From an uncultured Gammaproteobacteria bacterium (lineage in GTDB: Bacteria; Patescibacteriota; Microgenomatia; UBA1406; GWC2-37-13), in the NCBI GenBank assembly GCA_964401915.1, contig CAYOAI010000001.1, positions 4,987 to 68,986 on the forward strand: a stretch of DNA of 64,000 nt, read 5' to 3'. Under the pieces are notes generated by a model. That model searched no databases and was not told the origin of the DNA. It saw nothing but the letters and a program-made list of their open reading frames with translations. The position numbers and the translations under genes are program-made. Position 1 is the first letter of the stretch; each line of letters opens with the position of its first letter. Positions 45,249 through 53,533 of the stretch are shown one piece after another.

Positions 45249-45992
45249 TTATTCTTTATTCTCTTCTTTGGGCTGATCTTCTTTTTTATCACCCTCGGCT
45301 TTTTCAGCTTCGCCTTCTGATTTTTCGCCTTGTTCACTCTCTGCAGCTTCGCCTTCTGCGGCTGGTGCTTCTTCACCCTCAGCTTCTGCCTCTACTGCGA
45401 CTTCTGGCTCAAGGCTTTCTTCTTTGTGAGCGGTAATTGAGAGGATGAGCTTGTCTGGCTCATCTTTGATCTCGAAGTTGCCTGATTTCTTGAGATCTGC
45501 AACCTTGATCTCGGCTCCAATTTCAGTAAGGCCTGATATATCTATCTCAATCTCAGCTGGTAGATCCTCAGGAAGCGATTCAACCTGAAGATGATCATGT
45601 TGCACGATAAGGACTCCGGACTTTTCAGAGACTGCTGGTGCTTCGCCCACGACCTTGACAGGTACAGAAGCCTCAATTTTTTGCTTAAGATCCACTTTTC
45701 TAAAATCAACATGAAGAATCATGTCGCTTACTGGGTGGCGATGTACAGATCTTGTGAGTACAGGTAATTCGCCTTTGTCGACTGTAATGTAGATGACTCC
45801 TGTCTCTTTTGCCTGTCTGAATATTTTCAAAAAGTCTTTGTGGTCAATGCTGATTGATTGAGACTTGATATCAGGTCCAAAGATGTTGGCTGGTATGATT
45901 CCTTCGCGCCTGAGCTTTTTTACCTTTTTGCCGATTATTGTTCGAACGCTTGCCTTAAGGGTTAGATGCGCGTGTTTGTCTTGAGTCGTCAT
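45249..45992 (-). CDS. rplY: 50S ribosomal protein L25/Ctc with an acidic tail
   Basis: LKASVRTIIGKKVKKLRREGIIPANIFG..VHRHPVSDMILHVDF, followed by an E/A/G-rich tail. Confidence 0.85.
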   Translation of the reverse strand: MTTQDKHAHLTLKASVRTIIGKKVKKLRREGIIPANIFGPDIKSQSISIDHKDFLKIFRQAKETGVIYITVDKGELPVLTRSVHRHPVSDMILHVDFRKVDLKQKIEASVPVKVVGEAPAVSEKSGVLIVQHDHLQVESLPEDLPAEIEIDISGLTEIGAEIKVADLKKSGNFEIKDEPDKLILSITAHKEESLEPEVAVEAEAEGEEAPAAEGEAAESEQGEKSEGEAEKAEGDKKEDQPKEENKE

Positions 45993-45995
45993 ATA

Positions 45996-48290
45996 TTAAT
46001 TTTTGGAAAGTGTGAATATAAAAATTTTATCAGTGTTAAGAGATGTATTATAGAAAATTCTATTATCTTTTACAAGTGGGGAAAAATTCTGATTGGTAAG
46101 CGCGGTATTTTGAGGCAGAAGTATCTCAAGGACGAAGTCTGAATTCTTGGACCCTATCTGTTTTTGCACGACGAGTTGATATGTATTTATACCTTTTTTA
46201 AGTCTTTGTGGTAGGCGATAGGTAATACGTACCTCTGTTGTTTTTTGCGGTGGAATTGTGAGAAAAAATCCAACTGTTTTGTAATTACTTTCTACCTCGT
46301 CATATTCTGTGATCGGACTCTCGTTCTGGGTAATTTTTTGTACCTGTGCGCCAGTTGGGATGAGTAGTTGGAAATAATTCTTATACTCGCCCCCTGGAAA
46401 CACACCCTGTATTGATTCATTTTTGAAGCTTACTCGGAGCTCATTTTCGATTTTTCCCGAGTCTTGAATGATGACGCGATGAGTAACCAGTCGACTGACA
46501 TAAAAATTAGCTTTATTGACACCCAGGTTGGCATCGATTGGGAAGATGAAGTCATTGATGCAGGACCCATCTGGGACTTGGTCGGAACAAGTAGGTGTGA
46601 TAAGCCGACCGGACCACTGGAGCTTATTGATATCCTGAGCAATTTGTCTGTCATCAAATGCCAGAACCATCTGCTTCTCGTCAAGAGATTTTTTGATAGC
46701 TGCGGCATAGGGAATTAGCGGTGCGTCTTCAATATTCACTATCAGATATTTGGCAACAGCCCCAAGAAATGTCTTTTTTTTGGTAGAGCCTGGGAAAAAA
46801 TCCTGCTCGGAGTGAGTCTGCGCTTTAATGTAGAAGTTGTCCGCAGTTACGGTCTCTCCAAAGTCTGGTAGATATATTGTCCCATATGCTCCCAGAAGGT
46901 TTTGTACGGCTGATGTCGTCAGAAGCATACTGCCTGCAAAGTCTGGAAGATCCATCTCTTTTTTTAGAAAGTATTTGGCTTTTTGGTAGTTGTCAAAAAA
47001 ATCAGGGGAGAATGCGCTGTCTCGTAGAAACCAATGGGGTTGATGTAGGTATTTTTTGATCGGTGTTGGTGGCTCTACATGGGCCACGAGCTGGCCATCT
47101 GCATCGTACACATCATAAATACGGATATCTTGGATGCTAAGATCACGCACCGTGAGTGTGCCAAATGATCCGATAAATCCACCACCAGGTCTAAGTTCCA
47201 TATTATTGGCAAAAAGGAGAAGGTACGTCTTTTCTGAGTCACGGGCTAATATCGAGTCAAGATATGGGATTGTCTGCTCAAATTTCGAAAGTGTGTCTTG
47301 AGCAACGCCTACTTGTTCGCGCAGTCGTGTAAGCCGCTCTCCTGTCGCTGGCAGTTTTTGATAAAGAGTTGTGAGATCAGTACGCATGGAGTGAATATTT
47401 TGACCAAGTATCTGTAGTCTTAATATGAGGTTTTGTTTCTCTTCGGCAGTTTTATTCTTGTTGAATACAAGCTGCGCAATGTGGCTCACATTTTCTTCAA
47501 GCCTGAAGCTTGAGTCAAGTATGGTAGAGGCTTTCTCTTCTGTCTCAAATAGATTGTCGGGCGTAAGCGCAAGAGAAAGAAAAAGATACACTGGTCGAGC
47601 AGGAGCGTAGAGAAATCGAGCGATTTTTAGAGTTCTTTTTGCTCCGTTTAGTGTATTTTTTGAAGCCTCAATGCGTTGTTTTTTAAGCTGCATTGCTGAT
47701 TGGTATATGAGTCCTCCTGAGATGATAAGCGGTATAATAAAGCTCAGATGTACGATAAGAAATATCCCGACAACTGTGCGAATGATAAATTTGCGGGTTG
47801 TGTACTTTTGCCAGTTGAATGAGAATTTTCGGGCACTTCTGGGCGTTTTTTTTACTGTCGCAGCAGGCATAAGATGCTGAATATTCAGAAATAACTCAGC
47901 GCTACTTGAAAGACTGAACCATAAGATTTTTTCAGCATCACTATCACTTATACGGGGGGTAGTAAGGAGGATGACCTTGACATCGTCAATCTTATTCTCC
48001 GCCAGATACGCGTGGACTTGATTGGCTGATGCTTTTTGTCCGATAAAGATAAAAATTATCACCTGTCCTTCTGTCCTTTTTTCTAAAAGACTTCGGACTC
48101 CGGTCTGATTTACGAGGAATAGATAATCAAAGTTTCCAAGTCTTTGGGGGAATTGTGAGGATATGAATATCTCGATGCCAGAATCATTTTTTTTAAGCTC
48201 AGTCTTTAGACGAGCGGCAAGACCAAAAGATGTCGGGTCGACTATGAGGACTGACTGTTTCTTTTCAAGTGTTTCTGTAACAAGCTGCAT
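45996..48290 (-). CDS. DUF4012 domain-containing membrane protein
   Basis: 764 aa. A cytoplasmic N-domain, one TM segment (IIRTVVGIFLIVHLSFIIPLII) and an extracytoplasmic region with the DUF4012 hallmark NNMELRPGGGFIGSFGTLTV. Confidence 0.7.
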   Translation of the reverse strand: MQLVTETLEKKQSVLIVDPTSFGLAARLKTELKKNDSGIEIFISSQFPQRLGNFDYLFLVNQTGVRSLLEKRTEGQVIIFIFIGQKASANQVHAYLAENKIDDVKVILLTTPRISDSDAEKILWFSLSSSAELFLNIQHLMPAATVKKTPRSARKFSFNWQKYTTRKFIIRTVVGIFLIVHLSFIIPLIISGGLIYQSAMQLKKQRIEASKNTLNGAKRTLKIARFLYAPARPVYLFLSLALTPDNLFETEEKASTILDSSFRLEENVSHIAQLVFNKNKTAEEKQNLILRLQILGQNIHSMRTDLTTLYQKLPATGERLTRLREQVGVAQDTLSKFEQTIPYLDSILARDSEKTYLLLFANNMELRPGGGFIGSFGTLTVRDLSIQDIRIYDVYDADGQLVAHVEPPTPIKKYLHQPHWFLRDSAFSPDFFDNYQKAKYFLKKEMDLPDFAGSMLLTTSAVQNLLGAYGTIYLPDFGETVTADNFYIKAQTHSEQDFFPGSTKKKTFLGAVAKYLIVNIEDAPLIPYAAAIKKSLDEKQMVLAFDDRQIAQDINKLQWSGRLITPTCSDQVPDGSCINDFIFPIDANLGVNKANFYVSRLVTHRVIIQDSGKIENELRVSFKNESIQGVFPGGEYKNYFQLLIPTGAQVQKITQNESPITEYDEVESNYKTVGFFLTIPPQKTTEVRITYRLPQRLKKGINTYQLVVQKQIGSKNSDFVLEILLPQNTALTNQNFSPLVKDNRIFYNTSLNTDKIFIFTLSKN

Positions 48291-48306
48291 AGTATATATA
48301 CTATAG

Positions 48307-48312
48307 TATAAT
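48307..48312 (+). promoter_or_regulatory. -10 box TATAAT, 6 nt upstream of ATG 48319
   Basis: TATAAT-gttttg-ATG, inside a 25-nt divergent intergenic region. Confidence 0.45.
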
Positions 48313-48315
48313 GTT

Positions 48316-48816
48316 TTGATGCCAAAGGCGTATCCTACTCCATCTAATAAAATATATTCATGGACTGATTTTAAAAAGCAAAAGGTTGATCCCCGAAGGT
48401 CAAGGATATTGGTTGGCGGGTGCTTTGATCTTTTGCATTATGGTCATGTGCGCTTCTTAGAAGAAGCGCGTGCATTGGAAGATATTCTTATTGTGGCGAT
48501 AGAGTCCGATGAATTTATAATAAAAAGCAAGAAGAGAAAACCTATTCATACCCAGGCTGAGCGCGCCCACAATTTAGCGGCACTTATGGCCGTTGATTAT
48601 ATAATCACTCTTCCTTATTTGACGACAGATCAAAAATATAGGCAACTCGTCGTAGATATTCATCCGTCAACAATTGCCGTCACAGTAGGCGATCCCCAAA
48701 TCCAAAATAAAAAAGCACATGGGAAGCTTATTGGAGCATCTGTCGTCTCACTTCCACACTACAAGAAATTTGCAAGTTCACACATATCTCGTAATGCGTC
48801 TATTTATCGCGATTGA
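48316..48816 (+). CDS. Cytidylyltransferase-like nucleotidyltransferase (HxGH family; TagD/RfaE-II/FAD-synthetase-like)
   Basis: ILVGGCFDLLHYGHVRFLEEA carries the HxGH motif. TTG at 48316 and ATG at 48319. Confidence 0.7.
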   Translation: MMPKAYPTPSNKIYSWTDFKKQKVDPRRSRILVGGCFDLLHYGHVRFLEEARALEDILIVAIESDEFIIKSKKRKPIHTQAERAHNLAALMAVDYIITLPYLTTDQKYRQLVVDIHPSTIAVTVGDPQIQNKKAHGKLIGASVVSLPHYKKFASSHISRNASIYRD

Positions 48817-49336
48817 TATTCCAAGTGCGGAGAAAGCAAAGATTGCTGCTGATCTTGTAGAGCTTAAGAAAGATTACAGAGATTTTCGGTGGGTGGCGGC
48901 TGCCAACTACCATATCACGCTGCATTTCTTGGGAGAAGTGCCAGAAGGGGAGCTCAAGCCACTTATTTCACATATTGAAAATACAATATTTGATGCTCGA
49001 TCTTTTTATCTCTATGCTCTGCACGGCGGAATATTCATTCGCAACAAAATCACTCTTTATCTTGAGTTTCAGAAAAATCGAGAGCTTACGGCACTTGTAG
49101 ACGCAGTACGCACTATACAGACTCCACATCAAAATAACCACAAAATCTTTATACCGCATCTTACTCTGGCGAGGTACAAAATTCCATCAAAGCAACAGTA
49201 TCTGTTAATAAAGAAAAAATTCAATAAGTTCGTACCAGATACGTCATTTGAGGTAAGCAAGATCTATCTTTTCAGTAGTACTCTCAATGAGAAGACTCCA
49301 GAGTATACGAAAGTAGCTGAATTTGAGCTTCACTGA
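48794..49336 (+). CDS. thpR: RNA 2',3'-cyclic phosphodiesterase (2H phosphoesterase, ThpR/LigT)
   Basis: The track ORF starts at 48719. The likely start is MRLFIAIDIP at 48794. Two H-x-T motifs are present: HITLHFLG and HLTLARY. Confidence 0.8.
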   Translation: MRLFIAIDIPSAEKAKIAADLVELKKDYRDFRWVAAANYHITLHFLGEVPEGELKPLISHIENTIFDARSFYLYALHGGIFIRNKITLYLEFQKNRELTALVDAVRTIQTPHQNNHKIFIPHLTLARYKIPSKQQYLLIKKKFNKFVPDTSFEVSKIYLFSSTLNEKTPEYTKVAEFELH

Positions 49337-49454
49337 GGCTTATTCAGAAGTAAGTCCCTTAAGGGTTCGGATCCCCTCATTCACCCATCTTTATTTTAGA
49401 TTATTGTAAAGATCTATATTAAAAAGTTGAAGGGGGGGTGATTCTGATATCTGT

Positions 49455-50669
49455 TCACGATTTACTTTGTGGAGCTTTTCGTTGAATTAAAATTTTAAAA
49501 CTACCGGCGCCAACGGCATTCCCCAAATCGCTTACCAATGTTGCAGCATAACGTGAGGGATATTGTGAACGACGATCTCTATCATCGACATCTGCTCGTT
49601 TGAGACGACGATTTAGTTGCATAAAATTATGGTTCTCAAGAAATCTTCTCTGATCGCCATAATATACTGTCTCAAGTCCTACTTCCTGTCCATATCTTTG
49701 AAGTGCATCAAAATCCACATCGGATGTAATATCTACTTTCCCAGGAAACTCTAATATGTCAAATTCATCAGCTTTTTTACCTGGCATATATCCTCTTATC
49801 TGCCCGAGGGCACGATGTTCGTCTTTTGTGCCTCCATAATCTATGGTAATCACAAAACCCTCCTCTAACGCATGTGCAACCTGTTGTATCCATCTAATAG
49901 CGTTGAGATTTACGTATTGTACTTTACCATCTTTTAATTCTTCTGGCATTCCTTTGAGATACTCAAGAATACTTGGATCCGAAACTTCACCTTCAACGTA
50001 ATGGAATTTGTGATTCTCATCTACTTCTACATAAATCTCTTTAATTCCATCGGGTCGCTTAACAACCTTGTGAACAGGAAATGCATCTGGTAGTTCATTA
50101 GACACAAATACTCCTTTCACATCTCTCAATGGCAATTCGCTGGCTGAGCCTTCTATCCAGTTAATAGAGTGACCGCTCAAAGTAGTTTTCTGTTTTGATA
50201 TTAAACCCGGGCTATACTCAACTATAGTGTAGTTTACAGCTGGATCTAGAGCTGGATGTTCCGTATGAATTCTGTTTAGGATATCCTTGGCCATTGTTCC
50301 ATTGCCCGCACCCATTTCGACAATCGAGAATGAGCTTGGTTTTCCAGTCTCTTCCCACTGGGATTGAATTTCATCAGCCAACAAAGCGCCAAACGCTGGT
50401 GATATTTCGGGGCTTGTAACAAAATCGCCAGAGGGATCTATATTAGCTCTACCGGAAGCATAATATCCTCCATCACTTCCTCCATTATTACCCCGAGTAT
50501 AAAGACTCGCCCCCATAAAGTCCGCAAAGGTGATTCTTCCTTTATTTTGTAAAATAGCGCGTTCTATTTCTTCATGAACAGGATTAGCATGAGAATGTCC
50601 TTCATGTGGAGTTATTTCTGGAGGTGGAGACGAAATAGATATTTCTCCCACTCCCGGACCATCACTCAT
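49455..50669 (-). CDS. Class I SAM-dependent methyltransferase, MidA/NDUFAF7 (COG1565)-like
   Basis: FVTSPEISPAFGALLADEI..IVEMGAGNGTMAKDIL. The track start is TTG 50705. ATG 50669 (MSDGPGVGE) lies 6 nt after TATACT (50676-50681). Confidence 0.65.
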   Translation of the reverse strand: MSDGPGVGEISISSPPPEITPHEGHSHANPVHEEIERAILQNKGRITFADFMGASLYTRGNNGGSDGGYYASGRANIDPSGDFVTSPEISPAFGALLADEIQSQWEETGKPSSFSIVEMGAGNGTMAKDILNRIHTEHPALDPAVNYTIVEYSPGLISKQKTTLSGHSINWIEGSASELPLRDVKGVFVSNELPDAFPVHKVVKRPDGIKEIYVEVDENHKFHYVEGEVSDPSILEYLKGMPEELKDGKVQYVNLNAIRWIQQVAHALEEGFVITIDYGGTKDEHRALGQIRGYMPGKKADEFDILEFPGKVDITSDVDFDALQRYGQEVGLETVYYGDQRRFLENHNFMQLNRRLKRADVDDRDRRSQYPSRYAATLVSDLGNAVGAGSFKILIQRKAPQSKS

Positions 50670-50825
50670 AAATTTAGTATATAAAATAAGATTACAACTA
50701 TTCAAGTTGTATGTGAAAGACTTTGGTGCCTTTTTCTCACAATAGCACTATCAACTTAACGTCGACACTCTTCTTCCCTCAAACCATCCCTCATTTGAAT
50801 ACCAAAATCATCCGGCCAGTCATCC

Positions 50826-51116
50826 CTAAAAGATAAAGTAGAGCGCGACTTCAACCGCGATGATCATTGTGACAAGCACAATGCTTTTTTTGAAGTCACG
50901 GATAAAGTACTTGCGGAGCTTGATATCTTCTCCAAATGCTGACACTGTAGTGGCTTTTACTGGATTTTGATGTTTGGCGGATACTTTAGAATGAGTTGGA
51001 GTAGTAGTACTGCGCGTAATTTCGGGTACACGGATATGGACATGCTGTCCGTGTTCAAGAGCGTGAATCTTGTGTTCAAGCGCCCGCATCTTTTGCTTTT
51101 TAGTCTTTTTTCCCAT
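50826..51116 (-). CDS. Hypothetical small tail-anchored membrane protein
   Basis: 96 aa. Basic and His-rich N-terminus with a C-terminal TM segment (IVLVTMIIAVEVALYFIF). An SD-like AAGGTGA lies upstream. Confidence 0.4.
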   Translation of the reverse strand: MGKKTKKQKMRALEHKIHALEHGQHVHIRVPEITRSTTTPTHSKVSAKHQNPVKATTVSAFGEDIKLRKYFIRDFKKSIVLVTMIIAVEVALYFIF

Positions 51117-51144
51117 AGCTTATCACCTTTGTAATTCAATCATA

Positions 51145-51173
51145 TTGACAGCAATTTGTAAAGTGTTTACAAT
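51145..51173 (+). promoter_or_regulatory. Consensus sigma70-type promoter TTGACA-17-TACAAT, 9 nt upstream of ATG 51183
   Basis: TTGACA at 51145-51150, a 17-nt spacer and TACAAT at 51168-51173, then gatctcacg-ATG. No SD. Confidence 0.65.
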
Positions 51174-51182
51174 GATCTCACG

Positions 51183-51632
51183 ATGATTATTTATGGAGCC
51201 ATGGCTTTTATTGTTGTCTGGCTCGCTACCTTGAGCTTTTTCCTTTACAAGACACGTCGCCACTACCTTACACTGGTCACTCATACGAAAAAGCACACAA
51301 TAGAGGGAATTCTTGATCAGTTGGTCGCAGATGATACGCACTTAACTGACAAGATCGACACAATTGGCAAAGAGCTGAGTCGAGTAGCTGCTGAGCAGAC
51401 TGGGCATTTTCAAAAAGTCGGGGTTGTCCGCTTCAACCCATTCGGTAGATCAGGCGGGGGGGAGCAAAGCTTTGTTCTGGCACTGCTTGATAAAAAAAAT
51501 AGCGGAATTGTACTGAACTTTATTAGTACGCATGAGGGGCTGCGCGTATATACAAAAGAAGTCGCCGAAGGCGCGGGACGTGGAGTACAGCTTTCTGAGG
51601 AAGAGAAAAAGGCTATTGCAACAAGCACATAA
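51183..51632 (+). CDS. DUF4446 family protein
   Basis: N-terminal TM segment, then FQKVGVVRFNPFGRSGGGEQSFVLALLDKKNSGIVLNFISTHEGLRVYTKEV. Confidence 0.7.
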   Translation: MIIYGAMAFIVVWLATLSFFLYKTRRHYLTLVTHTKKHTIEGILDQLVADDTHLTDKIDTIGKELSRVAAEQTGHFQKVGVVRFNPFGRSGGGEQSFVLALLDKKNSGIVLNFISTHEGLRVYTKEVAEGAGRGVQLSEEEKKAIATST

Positions 51633-51734
51633 TATATTTTCGGCAAGTATTTATTGATAGCTGTATAAAAAAAGGTTCGCTTGTTTTGTAAAAAGAATTA
51701 CTTTATTATGTATTAATTACGCAAAAATTCTGAT

Positions 51735-52862
51735 ATGTCCAAAAAATTAACGATCATATTTGCCCTCATTTTTTTTGTAGTATCTGGGGGTCTTTCATAC
51801 TTTTTGTTTGCACAACACGCAAAGATCGAGGAGCAAAAGATTCTTGCAAATCCAGATGCTGGACCAAAGACTGAGGAATGTCCAATGAATGGCAAGCTTA
51901 TGACTCGTGGTCAAAGACAGATCTGGGAAAAACACCGGCCAATGGGAGTCATGGTCGAGAATCACACCGAGGCTCGTCCGCAGTCTGGGCTTTCAAACTC
52001 AGATGTAATCTACGAGGCTGTTGCAGAAGGCGGAATTACACGTTTTTTGAATATATTTTATTGTGACAATGCTCCTCTTATTGGGCCTGTTCGATCAGCC
52101 CGTATCTATTTTCTTCGTATTCTTGAAGGATATGGAGCGTATCCTTTGTATGCCCATGTTGGAGGAGCCAATACTCCAGGACCAGCCGATGCACTTGGTG
52201 AGATCGTGGATCTTGGATGGAATAACTACAATGATATGAACCAGTTCTCAGTGCCGTTCCCCATATACTATCGTGATTATGATAGGCTTCCAGGTGTCGC
52301 TACTGAGCACACCATGTATGCCTCGACGGCAAAGCTGTGGGACTACGCAAAAGAAAATAGACATCTTACTGAAAAAGATAAAGATGGCAAGTCATGGGAT
52401 GCAGCATTCACTCCATGGAAGTTCAAAGATGATGCAAAAAGCACAGAGCGAGGAGATGTAGCAGTAATTTCATTTGGCTTTTGGGCGCAGTTTGAAAGCG
52501 ATTATGGAGTGAAATGGGCATATGACAAGGAATCCAATACCTACAGTCGCTCCAATGGCGGCAAGCCTCACCTTGATAAAAATACTGGCAAGCAGCTCAC
52601 AGCTAAAGATGTCGTCGTCGTTTTTGCTGATGAGTCAGTCGCGCATGATGGGTATGAGGATGGGCAGCACTTACTCTACGACATAGTTGGCACAGGAGAA
52701 GCCCTGGTATTTCAGGACGGTCATGTCATAAAAGCATCATGGAGTAAGAAGGACGATAAGACTATGATGAGATTTAAGGACAAGTCGGGTAGTGAGATCT
52801 CTCTCGTTCGAGGAAAAGTCTGGGTTGAGATACTTCCAACGGGCAACAAAGTGACGTATTAA
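51735..52862 (+). CDS. DUF3048 domain-containing secreted/anchored protein
   Basis: RPMGVMVENHTEARPQSGLSNSDVIYEAVAEGGITRFLNIFY is the DUF3048 N-terminal hallmark. Confidence 0.7.
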   Translation: MSKKLTIIFALIFFVVSGGLSYFLFAQHAKIEEQKILANPDAGPKTEECPMNGKLMTRGQRQIWEKHRPMGVMVENHTEARPQSGLSNSDVIYEAVAEGGITRFLNIFYCDNAPLIGPVRSARIYFLRILEGYGAYPLYAHVGGANTPGPADALGEIVDLGWNNYNDMNQFSVPFPIYYRDYDRLPGVATEHTMYASTAKLWDYAKENRHLTEKDKDGKSWDAAFTPWKFKDDAKSTERGDVAVISFGFWAQFESDYGVKWAYDKESNTYSRSNGGKPHLDKNTGKQLTAKDVVVVFADESVAHDGYEDGQHLLYDIVGTGEALVFQDGHVIKASWSKKDDKTMMRFKDKSGSEISLVRGKVWVEILPTGNKVTY

Positions 52863-52957
52863 AACACCCGGTCTTTAGTCGCTGAAAATTCCTCTTTTTT
52901 ATTCTCAATGTCTGCTACAATAGTTGTGATAATTTGAACAATCATAGCTAATATCTT

Positions 52958-53533
52958 ATGTTGACACATATAATTCCGTCCAAGACTCGCCGCAAAATCT
53001 TAGCTCTTTTTTTCCAGAATCTTGAGACTCCATATTACCTGCGCCGAGTGGTCCGAGAGGTAGATGAGGAGGTAAACGCCGTCAAGCGTGAGCTTGATAT
53101 TCTGGAAGGTGAAAAAGTTCTTATTCGAGAGAGGCGGCTTAATAAAGTATTCTATTCGATTAATAAGCATTACGCGCTATACGATGAGTTTCTACGAATT
53201 TTTACTAAGATGGGTTCATTGGCAACAGCAGTCTATAAGAATCTTCCTAAGCTTGGTAAGGTCAAATTCATTGCCCTATCAACCAAATTTGCCAAAAAAC
53301 AAGTCATTGGAGAAGACGAGGTCTATATGTTGATTGTGGGGATTGTTGTCGTACCTGAGATTGCCTCAATTGTTACAGGAGTGGAGGCTGAATTTGGTCG
53401 GGAGATAAACTATACTGCAATGGCAGATGAAGAATTTGTCTTTCGAAAGCGCAACAATGATCCTTTTATCTGGCGTTTCTTGCGGCAACCCAAGGTAATG
53501 TTAGTTGGTTCTGAGGATGATCTTTTGAAATGA
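52958..53533 (+). CDS. Winged-helix (ArsR-like) DNA-binding protein with an uncharacterised C-terminal domain
   Basis: SKTRRKILALFFQNLETPYYLRRVVREVDEEVNAVKRELDILEGEKVL is wHTH-like. ATGA overlap with secD. Confidence 0.5.
   Translation: MLTHIIPSKTRRKILALFFQNLETPYYLRRVVREVDEEVNAVKRELDILEGEKVLIRERRLNKVFYSINKHYALYDEFLRIFTKMGSLATAVYKNLPKLGKVKFIALSTKFAKKQVIGEDEVYMLIVGIVVVPEIASIVTGVEAEFGREINYTAMADEEFVFRKRNNDPFIWRFLRQPKVMLVGSEDDLLK

Noticed and set aside
45173-45376. A 67-aa Lys-rich ORF (MKKHQPQKAKLQRVNKAKNQKAK..).
   Set aside because: It is an alternate frame of the GA-rich sequence encoding the acidic tail of L25, so it is a composition artefact.
49337-49454. A tRNA-like fragment and palindromes (CCCTTAAGGG, GGGTTCGGATCCCC..TCATTCACCCA) in the convergent intergenic region after thpR.
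   Set aside because: The T-loop-like TTCGGAT has G where the near-invariant A58 should be. No D or anticodon arm can be folded upstream, and no full cloverleaf forms. These are probably just hairpins between convergent genes.
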